Virus record (IMG/VR): IMGVR_UViG_3300017746_000061
Coordinates: 1 to 34,135 of that record
Reading direction: 5' to 3' (one strand)
DNA length: 34,135 nt
Source of the DNA: a virus
Lineage: Duplodnaviria; Caudoviricetes
Both the position numbers and the translations under genes were made by a program. This document shows positions 26,873 through 34,135 of the stretch, piece after piece (the stretch's first letter is position 1; every line of letters starts with the position of its first letter). Under the pieces are notes generated by a model. That model had not been told where the DNA came from. It saw nothing but the letters and a program-made list of their open reading frames with translations, and did no database searches.

Positions 26873-27614
26873 TTACCATAAACCTCTTATATCCATTAGC
26901 CATAGTCAAGTTTCCTTTGTACAGCACATCTGTTATTTCAGAAGTTTCGGCAAGTTCATCTTCACTATTTACGCAGTTTATATGCTCTTCGAGATGGTGC
27001 ATATTGTTACTTTGTAACACATATAAACATCCCATTTTAGGATTCTTATCTTTTAACAATTGAGGTAGTGGTGGCATATGTTCAGATGATGTGTTTATTA
27101 GAATATCTAGTGTATGAGATCTAGGATTATTATCCAAGAAATTTGCACAAGTGCCAATCAGTCGAACATCTTTATCTAGCTTCTTTTCGTTAGCAATCTT
27201 ATGAAACACTGATATAGCATTTTCGTCAAGGTCGATATTTTCTATAAAGTCCAGATCGCCTTTAAAGATATCCAGAAGAATGTTGATTAATGGAAATCCA
27301 AACCATCCACCCACTAATTGGATTCTTTTCTTTTTCTTCCTTTTGAATTTGACTTTACCTAACTCATGCCCAATCCATTCTTTACTGGCACTTTGATTAG
27401 GCGACATACTGTCCCAAAAGTGAGGAATATCATAGTCCCTATTGATAGCAAACATCAGTGCTTGAAACTGTTCTGGTCTCATATGAGGTTGCAATAGATC
27501 TCTCACGGCATGAATAGATTTGCCCAAATCATCTACAACATCGTTCAGCTTCCATATACTATTCCAAGCAACTCTATTAATTCCAGTAATGTTCGAAACC
27601 ATTATAACCCTCAT
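26859..27614 (-). CDS. Class I SAM-dependent methyltransferase-like protein
   Basis: IQLVGGWFG (motif I), NIDLD (acidic motif II), DILINTSSEHM, LQSNN, RFMVIG. True start may be ATG 27602. Confidence 0.7.
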   Translation of the reverse strand: MRVIMVSNITGINRVAWNSIWKLNDVVDDLGKSIHAVRDLLQPHMRPEQFQALMFAINRDYDIPHFWDSMSPNQSASKEWIGHELGKVKFKRKKKKRIQLVGGWFGFPLINILLDIFKGDLDFIENIDLDENAISVFHKIANEKKLDKDVRLIGTCANFLDNNPRSHTLDILINTSSEHMPPLPQLLKDKNPKMGCLYVLQSNNMHHLEEHINCVNSEDELAETSEITDVLYKGNLTMANGYKRFMVIGYQ

Positions 27615-28317
27615 TGTCTAATATATAATCGTTTTCAGCCTTATCGCTCCAACGCTTTCGTCTCCACCCATTAAAGATACATATCGTATGGTCTTCACTG
27701 TAGTACAACTTCTCAGGGCCAGGAGTACCATATGTGTACCAATAATCATTCTCATCTATACCATATGCTCTTGAGTAGATCTCTCCTCTTGGGAAGAAAG
27801 TTAACTTTTCTGAATGATCAAAATTAAGATACGAATCAATTCCTCTATATTTCAGTAGATAGAATTCGATGTCTGCGTGAAACGTATTCCATATTTCAGT
27901 AAGATCTCCGCTCCAAACTAAGACAGATGAGTTTAGATTCATATCAAAACCTTTCTTAGCAATAGGCTTAATATCTTCCAACCAAGGCTTCCAATACGCC
28001 TTAATCATCATAAGCTTATCTTTCTCAACGTAATCTTTGTAGTGCGTTATATCACCCTGTATAACGTTATCAAGATCAAAGAACATATTTACTTCATCAG
28101 TTTGTTCTCGAAACAATACAAGCTTCCACCACCAAACCTCAAGGTCTAATGACAAGTCAAGAGGAATGATCTTAATGTCAGGGTGAATGTCTGTAGGATC
28201 TTCGGTATGACACACGAATGTAAACTCCTCATGGAAGTTCTTACACACCATCTTGTATAGTCTATTCACATGCTCATGACTAAACTTATCTCCCCACTTT
28301 ACGCACGATATAATCAT
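27577..28317 (-). CDS. GT-A fold glycosyltransferase
   Basis: CVKWG.KF...HVN.LY.MV, F.C.TED, WW.KL.LF, FFDLD (DxD), NSSV..W. Confidence 0.78.
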   Translation of the reverse strand: MIISCVKWGDKFSHEHVNRLYKMVCKNFHEEFTFVCHTEDPTDIHPDIKIIPLDLSLDLEVWWWKLVLFREQTDEVNMFFDLDNVIQGDITHYKDYVEKDKLMMIKAYWKPWLEDIKPIAKKGFDMNLNSSVLVWSGDLTEIWNTFHADIEFYLLKYRGIDSYLNFDHSEKLTFFPRGEIYSRAYGIDENDYWYTYGTPGPEKLYYSEDHTICIFNGWRRKRWSDKAENDYILDNEGYNGFEHYWN

Positions 28318-29794
28318 TAATTATTACCATATCCATTTTTGTGTTATTGAAAGTATATAGGGCTTCTTTAGGGGTCTCTACAATAGGTTCTTGACAATTG
28401 AAGCTAGTGTTAAGTACCATAGGAATGCCAGTGATATTATAGAACTCGCTAATCAACTCATGATACTTAGGATTGTCTTCTTTACTAACAGTCTGTATTC
28501 GGGCAGTACCATCTTCGTGAGTAATCCCAGGAACCTTATCAGATTTGACAGGACAGATCCTTGACATATATGGGCTTGGTTGATTAGTATCAAAGTATTC
28601 TTGATAATGCTCTACGAGAACAGATGGTGCAAATGGCCTAAAGTCTTCACGGTTCTTAATTGTATGATTAATGATGTTTTTGATCTCAGGGTTACGTGGA
28701 TCTGCAAGAATACTACGATTACCTAATGCCCTATGCCCACTCTCAGACTTACCTTGAAACCAACCAACAATCTTACCATCAGCTATAGCCTGTGCTACCT
28801 CTTTAATATCAACCCTCTCTTCACCAACATAGTCATACTCTTTACCAGAATATACACTTGGTATATGCACGTTGTCGTTTAGAATATAGTCTGCATGCAT
28901 GTAAGTACCTATAGATTGTCCTTCATCACCTGGAGCAGGTGGCACGTATACGTTATCCCAAGTCTTGGTTAGCATCTCATTCATGTATCCATTGTATGCA
29001 ACTCCACCAGACACACATAAGTTGTCACTTGTTTTCAAAGCAAGTACATAGTCACTAATACGTTCTTCGGTTGCTACTTGAAGTGTTTTGGCAATGTTTT
29101 CTGGTCTAAGTTGATGCAGTGATCTTAGTTTTCCATAGGACATTCTGCTATCAGGTAACTCACCAAATTCCCAATATCTTTCTAAATGCATATGTACCTC
29201 ATGACTGTATTCGCCATAAGCGGCTAACCCCATAAGTTTGCTTGCACCTAGATTACCAAATCCTAACTCTTTTGAAAGATAGTTCCAAAGTATTCCCATA
29301 TTCATATCATCAGATAGATCTGTTATGTCACCGTTCTTATCACAGAATATACAGTTGAACTTCCAACCCCTACCATCAATAGCAAGAATATCACTTTCCT
29401 TATAACCAGACTGAAGGAATGCATATGCCGCATGGGATTGATGGTGGTCAATATAGTATTGATTGCCGTTTCGTGCATAGTCCCATAGGTTGTATGGTTT
29501 AAAGTCTAAAAAGTCTTTAGGAAAGGCTGGATTGTCAATCTGCTTCATTCCACCTATAGTTGTTGTGAAAGCAAATATCTCATGATCGTCAGGTTTGTAA
29601 GTCTCATCATAGAACTTCTGCCCTGCGCTGTTGTCGTTTTGGTTCATCTTATCTGCCGTAGAATGATGAGGGTATGAATCAAAATGCCAAGGCACGTTGT
29701 GCTTTAATCTACTATATCTTTCTACTTGATTGTGCCACACACCGTCATACGTATTGTGGTCGTGAGGACCATAAGATGCACTAAAGATTTTCAT
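28286..29794 (-). CDS. O-carbamoyltransferase, NodU/CmcH/TobZ family
   Basis: HHQSHA, IDGRG, KLMGLAAYG, GGVAYN, PAPGDEG.SIG, WFQG.SE.G.RALGNRSILADPR, KNREDFRPFAPS, H.DGTARIQTV, LNTSFN. Start placed at MKIFSASYGPHD (29794); ORF track gives 29824. Confidence 0.93.
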   Translation of the reverse strand: MKIFSASYGPHDHNTYDGVWHNQVERYSRLKHNVPWHFDSYPHHSTADKMNQNDNSAGQKFYDETYKPDDHEIFAFTTTIGGMKQIDNPAFPKDFLDFKPYNLWDYARNGNQYYIDHHQSHAAYAFLQSGYKESDILAIDGRGWKFNCIFCDKNGDITDLSDDMNMGILWNYLSKELGFGNLGASKLMGLAAYGEYSHEVHMHLERYWEFGELPDSRMSYGKLRSLHQLRPENIAKTLQVATEERISDYVLALKTSDNLCVSGGVAYNGYMNEMLTKTWDNVYVPPAPGDEGQSIGTYMHADYILNDNVHIPSVYSGKEYDYVGEERVDIKEVAQAIADGKIVGWFQGKSESGHRALGNRSILADPRNPEIKNIINHTIKNREDFRPFAPSVLVEHYQEYFDTNQPSPYMSRICPVKSDKVPGITHEDGTARIQTVSKEDNPKYHELISEFYNITGIPMVLNTSFNCQEPIVETPKEALYTFNNTKMDMVIINDYIVRKVGR

Positions 29795-30332
29795 AGATGT
29801 ATTTTCCAATTTTATCATGACCAATTTGAGATGGGTGTCTATTTGTTTCCGATATGAAGTCTGGTGTATAATCTCTCATAAACCCAATAGTATGTCCTTG
29901 AACGCAATCAAAGTTTTTACCATACAGTTCAATCATTTGAATTTGAAAGACATCTATATTACGTACTTTACACAGAATGTCTAGCATTTTTTTATATCTA
30001 GCAGTCTTTTTAAGAAAGTATTCCTTGTCGCCAAATTGGTCTTGTCTATTATTGCGCCATTGTCCAAATACCGAATAGTCCCTACGACTACTTTTTGACC
30101 AAGCTGGTATCACTAAACCAATATCTGTTGGATCGTTTTCTATGTAATCAAATAAAGATGCAAAGATATATTCATTTCCTGCGCCAGATCTACCTAAATT
30201 GATTAGATCATAACCTAACTTATCAGCGACATAATGACACCAACGTCTTTCAATACCATCATGATCAATGGTATGTTCGGTAAAACTGCAACCGCTTACT
30301 AATAGTTTCTTACGCACTATTTCTCGTTTCAT
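29781..30332 (-). CDS. SGNH/GDSL-like hydrolase or acyltransferase
   Basis: GCSFT (block I Ser), NLGRSGAGN (block II), C-terminal HPSQIGH (block V His). Confidence 0.7.
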   Translation of the reverse strand: MKREIVRKKLLVSGCSFTEHTIDHDGIERRWCHYVADKLGYDLINLGRSGAGNEYIFASLFDYIENDPTDIGLVIPAWSKSSRRDYSVFGQWRNNRQDQFGDKEYFLKKTARYKKMLDILCKVRNIDVFQIQMIELYGKNFDCVQGHTIGFMRDYTPDFISETNRHPSQIGHDKIGKYIYENL

Positions 30333-31146
30333 ATTCGTTTAACATTTCTAACACCTTGACTGCCCTATAATGTCCTGTTGCCCCCAAATGCTCAGTGCAA
30401 TTGACGCAATACTTTTCATACTTAAACAACTTAAACGTCATCATCTTATGCAAGTTATCCTCAGTCACATCAAAGTGCCTAGACCCATTAATGAACTTCT
30501 TACTACAGTGTCGTATCTTCTTTATTTCAAAGTCGATCACAGGGACTGATGGAAACATGGAACACATCTTTCTGTCTTCAACGGCGGCTTGTGATGTCGC
30601 ATCATAGTCAGGGGATCTTGAATTGAACGGTTTTAGTATAGTTGATGCATGATCAATCTCTGTTAAATCATGGTTCTCTCTATACTTGAAGTAGTTGGGA
30701 GTTTGAATTACGAGATTGTAGTTGTTGTTTTCATTAGGCTGAATAAAAGGATAGTTACCTAGCTTTTCAATTCTATCTTCATGAAAATCCAATACCAGAT
30801 GCTCTATGTAAATAATATTTGGATCCTCAAGAATGTGTGGATAGAACTTCCTAATTAAAGAGTTTGATAGAACTGATATTATGAAGTTAGGGTACTTGCG
30901 GATTTCCGCAATGACTTCATCAAGGTTCTTAATAAGCCCAGGCTCACCACCCAACAGATTGATCTTAGTGGGAAACGGAGCAAGGCCATCTAAACATGTT
31001 CTTAGGAAGTCCATATCAACATGAAGATTGCGCATCTGTAGTGTCCACGCCGTGCAATAATGACACGATTTGTTACAAGATTTGCTTAGATAGAAATCCA
31101 CAGACTTGTAGTTGCTACCATACAGATGCTTTGTGCCTAGCTTCAT
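30310..31146 (-). CDS. Radical SAM protein with C-terminal Cys-rich (SPASM/twitch-like) region
   Basis: CNKSCHYC (CxxxCxxC), LLGGEP, SN, later C...C...CVNC. Confidence 0.88.
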   Translation of the reverse strand: MKLGTKHLYGSNYKSVDFYLSKSCNKSCHYCTAWTLQMRNLHVDMDFLRTCLDGLAPFPTKINLLGGEPGLIKNLDEVIAEIRKYPNFIISVLSNSLIRKFYPHILEDPNIIYIEHLVLDFHEDRIEKLGNYPFIQPNENNNYNLVIQTPNYFKYRENHDLTEIDHASTILKPFNSRSPDYDATSQAAVEDRKMCSMFPSVPVIDFEIKKIRHCSKKFINGSRHFDVTEDNLHKMMTFKLFKYEKYCVNCTEHLGATGHYRAVKVLEMLNEYETRNSA

Positions 31147-31502
31147 TAGGTGTGCTTACCCCTTGTTACTTCTCCAGTTTCGGTATCTATAAACAACTCT
31201 GCTTTATGTTGTGGAGAGTCTCGCTTTTTACATATTGTATAGCACACTTCAAAGACATTATCTCCCTTTTCTAAGTTCTCTGCAAATTCAATCCACTCGT
31301 CTTGTAGGAAGATTTCTTCAACAGTATCGTAATCATTAATGTTAGAAACAGCCACTAGTTTCTTATAGACAGGATCCTTCCTCACTTTATCGGTATCAGC
31401 CCAACAGCATGGAATGACCTCTCCCCTATTGGTTAAGCCAAAAGCCTCTTGCTTGCCATTCATACACTTAGGATCTATTTCTACATTATCTTTGTTTTTC
31501 AT
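31146..31502 (-). CDS. Stand-alone SPASM/twitch-like Fe-S domain protein
   Basis: C...GEVIPCCW...I.EIF...W...CYTIC pattern with no radical SAM core. Confidence 0.7.
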   Translation of the reverse strand: MKNKDNVEIDPKCMNGKQEAFGLTNRGEVIPCCWADTDKVRKDPVYKKLVAVSNINDYDTVEEIFLQDEWIEFAENLEKGDNVFEVCYTICKKRDSPQHKAELFIDTETGEVTRGKHT

Positions 31503-32176
31503 TTTTTTACAATCTTACCATTCTTTTTGCCAACGTCTTCGCTCTCATACAAATCCAATCTCATAGCAGAGTTCTTAGGTTTCAACGGATCGTCAGGGGT
31601 TCTCCATCGTGAAGATATGAGAGTCATAAAATCTACATCAATATCCTTTGCCATCTGCACAGCCTCTTGTATGTGATCCTCATTATAACTAAACACGATG
31701 TACTGCCATACTGGTTTTGATGTCAAGATACCTCTAGCAACTTGCATCATCCTATATATCTTTTCACCGTCTTGATTGACCCGATACATATTACTCTCTG
31801 ATGGTAATCCATCAATTCCAAATATCCACCTAGCTTTGGGATTGGCGGCAAAGGCTTTTGGATACCATTTTTCAGGTTTTGCGCCTGATGCGTGATGAAC
31901 ACTCACACTACGTTTCATGGCGAATGCATGTTCAAGGATCTCAATAAACTTAGGGTGGTGTACTGGATCGGATACCTGTCCACAGAAGTTCAGATGTAGG
32001 AAGTGATCGGCTAACTTCTTAAAGTTATCAAGCGAAATATCTTCACCAGGAACTTTTATCCCATGACGGATAAATGAACTCCACCGTTGACAACAAAGAC
32101 ACTCAAGGGGGCATCTATGAGTAATGTCTAAGTTCATTTTCTTTCTAGAAAACATACTGTGTTGATCAGGTCTCAT
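31499..32176 (-). CDS. Radical SAM protein (core only)
   Basis: LDITHRCPLECLCC (CxxxCxxC), FCGQVSDP, FGIDG.......YR, WQYIVFSYNE. Confidence 0.85.
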   Translation of the reverse strand: MRPDQHSMFSRKKMNLDITHRCPLECLCCQRWSSFIRHGIKVPGEDISLDNFKKLADHFLHLNFCGQVSDPVHHPKFIEILEHAFAMKRSVSVHHASGAKPEKWYPKAFAANPKARWIFGIDGLPSESNMYRVNQDGEKIYRMMQVARGILTSKPVWQYIVFSYNEDHIQEAVQMAKDIDVDFMTLISSRWRTPDDPLKPKNSAMRLDLYESEDVGKKNGKIVKK

Positions 32177-32540
32177 ATTGTGCCACTATCCTTGAGTTCG
32201 TTTTGGTTTGCATGACACTATTGAGAAACACATTGAACGCCGTGATGATTTTCACCTTAGTTTTTTGATTTAGAGTCTTACTAAATTTATATATACCATG
32301 GTTCGTTGGGTTGGTTGTCGCATATATCTTCTCTATTAGAAATAAGTATATATCATCCACCTCATCGTCTATAAGACTGTGATCGATAATATCATCTTGT
32401 ACTAGATTGGATATTAGATTGTGTAGAACGTTTTCTTTTTCAAGATCCATTTGTATCATGTTGTAATTAGAATCTAGTAGACAAAACTTAGACAAGTCTT
32501 TATCCCAGATTAAGTTTAAGTCATCAGTATCATATTGCAT
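32166..32540 (-). CDS. Hypothetical protein
   Basis: Fills the gap between DegT and the radical SAM gene; start placed at MQYDTDD (32540) to reduce overlap (ORF track gives 32624). Confidence 0.55.
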   Translation of the reverse strand: MQYDTDDLNLIWDKDLSKFCLLDSNYNMIQMDLEKENVLHNLISNLVQDDIIDHSLIDDEVDDIYLFLIEKIYATTNPTNHGIYKFSKTLNQKTKVKIITAFNVFLNSVMQTKTNSRIVAQYET

Positions 32541-33589
32541 AAGTTCTCTACTTCTTCGTCCTCTAGCCATGCATGAATTGGCAATGACATTACAGTGTTT
32601 GCCGCAAGTTGGGCAGTTCCACAATCGTCTTTTCGATATTCTATGTCACTATATAGGGAATTGTTAGATAGAGTTTTCTCGTAATGGATTGATAGGTTTA
32701 TACCTTGAGACTTAACAACATTCTTTACGTGTTTACGTTGTTCTTTATCATCAAACATTACGACATACTTGTGGAAGTTATGTTCAAGATTGTATGGTCG
32801 ATATGGTGTGCTTAGATCGTCACCTAACATCTCGTCATAGATATCAGCAATCTCATTACGTCTCTTTTGCCACTTCTCCATATTGCCCATACGCATCAGA
32901 ATGATATCAGCGTTACCTGTGTACATCTTAGAGTTATATCCTAGGAGAGAGAAGTCTTTGTCCTTGCCATGTCTTCTAACCTTCCTAGCATAATCACCCA
33001 ACTCATCATCGTCAGTCATAAGAACTCCACCACCACATAACCCTGAGATTACCTTATTGGCATTGAAACTATATGAACTGGCATATCCGATAGTACCTGC
33101 TTTACGTCCATTGAATGATGTCCCAAGCGATTGAGCACTATCCTCAATGAAACGAATGCCTTTACTATCACACCATTGCTCAATCTCTGTTGTATCAACC
33201 ATGTTGCCATATAGATGTGTGTAGATAAGAGCCTTTGTCTTATCAGAAGCCATACGCTTGATACTCTCAAAGTTCATTTGATAACTAAGGATGTCAATGT
33301 CACAGAATACAGGTGTGGCACCTACCATAGAGATACAGGATGAGGTAGAGATCCAAGAGAAATCAGTTACAAGAACTTCATCTCCCTTACCGATACCCAT
33401 AAGAGAAAACCTAAGAGCATCAGTTGCATTCGCCATTGTGATGCAATGCTTCCTACCAGTGTATTCGGCAATAGCATTCTCAAGGTTCTCAGTCTGTCCT
33501 TCTGGATCCTTTGCCATCATATTATCAAACACTGCCGTATAATCGTCAATGCTCTCTAAGTATTCAATGTCCCAACCGTTGTATTTCAT
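32516..33589 (-). CDS. DegT/DnrJ/EryC1/StrS PLP-dependent sugar aminotransferase
   Basis: NATDAL, GDEVLV, GATPVFCDID, HLYG, IEDSAQSLG, SFNANK (PLP Lys), GGGVL.T.D, GYNS, LPIH. Confidence 0.93.
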   Translation of the reverse strand: MKYNGWDIEYLESIDDYTAVFDNMMAKDPEGQTENLENAIAEYTGRKHCITMANATDALRFSLMGIGKGDEVLVTDFSWISTSSCISMVGATPVFCDIDILSYQMNFESIKRMASDKTKALIYTHLYGNMVDTTEIEQWCDSKGIRFIEDSAQSLGTSFNGRKAGTIGYASSYSFNANKVISGLCGGGVLMTDDDELGDYARKVRRHGKDKDFSLLGYNSKMYTGNADIILMRMGNMEKWQKRRNEIADIYDEMLGDDLSTPYRPYNLEHNFHKYVVMFDDKEQRKHVKNVVKSQGINLSIHYEKTLSNNSLYSDIEYRKDDCGTAQLAANTVMSLPIHAWLEDEEVENLCNMILMT

Positions 33590-34130
33590 TATATGCTCTC
33601 ACTATAGGTTCTATGTTTGGCTTTCTTGCCCCACGTTCTATATATACGGATCCACCATCGTGTATGTCTGGTCTATCAACTACAACGTTCTTTCCATAAC
33701 GCCAACACTCCTGTAGTATTCTAGGTGCGGGATCAAATGTTTTCTTGACGTACACATACGTATCGAAGATACCCATTAGGTTCTTAACAGGTGACCTTAC
33801 ATTATTGAGATTCCAATTAACATATTCTGGTGGACAGTAACCTATTATACCATGATCAGGATATTTGTCAATAGCTTCTTCTGCCCATTTGTAATAGTCT
33901 GGTGTGGTACCAAGGAACAAATGCTTAAACTGCACATCTTCTACAGGATCTTTATAGTTATCAAAGTGAATATACTTTTCAAACTGATCTCCTACGCCAT
34001 TAGGGTATACGTCATGGTCGCACAAATCATAAATCTTCTTAGGCTTAAAGAAGTCAATAGCATCATTATACTCTATGGGGTGGTTTTCCGAGTAAACAGA
34101 TATCAATGGGTTTCTAAATAGAAGAGACAT
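33564..34130 (-). CDS. Hypothetical protein, possibly 5'-truncated; weak resemblance to a GT-B C-terminal lobe
   Basis: Frame is open to the window edge; FDTYVY...FDPAPRILQEC..YGK.VV loosely recalls the GT-B donor-binding segment. Confidence 0.5.
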   Translation of the reverse strand: MSLLFRNPLISVYSENHPIEYNDAIDFFKPKKIYDLCDHDVYPNGVGDQFEKYIHFDNYKDPVEDVQFKHLFLGTTPDYYKWAEEAIDKYPDHGIIGYCPPEYVNWNLNNVRSPVKNLMGIFDTYVYVKKTFDPAPRILQECWRYGKNVVVDRPDIHDGGSVYIERGARKPNIEPIVRAYNEIQRLGH

Positions 34131-34135
34131 ACTAA

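Noticed and set aside
32540-32624. Cys-rich N-terminus MWNCPTCGKHC suggesting a zinc finger
   Set aside because: Lies wholly within the DegT coding region in another frame; likely an artefact of choosing the most upstream ATG.
25270-34135. Host chromosomal LPS/capsule locus (prophage boundary or chimeric assembly)
   Set aside because: No integrase, att site, flippase or polymerase genes; compact overlapping genes interlock with a phage gene and composition looks similar by eye.
1-34135. tRNA, rRNA or structured ncRNA genes
   Set aside because: Intergenic gaps are about 50 nt or less and none was recognised by eye; a covariance-model search was not possible.

Overview
A 34 kb piece of a T4-like myovirus genome (large-genome, probably environmental, host not identifiable from this window). 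1-4121 (minus strand) holds gp4 head completion nuclease, gp2 DNA end protector, gp54-like tube initiator, gp26, a gp51-like frame and the 5' part of a probable tape-measure gene; the last two are missing from the ORF track. 4173-25284 (plus strand) is the baseplate/tail module: gp48, gp53, hub, a gp5 split into three genes carrying a tail lysozyme and an amidase, gp25, gp6, gp7, gp9-like, gp8, a large VrlC-like protein and a repeat-rich fibre, with T4 late promoters (TATAAATA). 25270-34135 (minus strand) is a fully overlapping 11-gene small-molecule/glycan modification operon: three glycosyltransferases, a methyltransferase, a NodU/CmcH carbamoyltransferase, an SGNH-like hydrolase, radical SAM and SPASM-like proteins and a DegT aminotransferase. 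Top leads: (1) a T-TTT-TTC -1 frameshift site that would fuse gp26 to a startless gp51-like frame just upstream of the tape measure, like lambda G/GT; (2) the carbamoyl/amino-sugar biosynthetic operon abutting the fibre genes; (3) the tripartite gp5. Family calls come from recognised motifs and synteny, not database searches.
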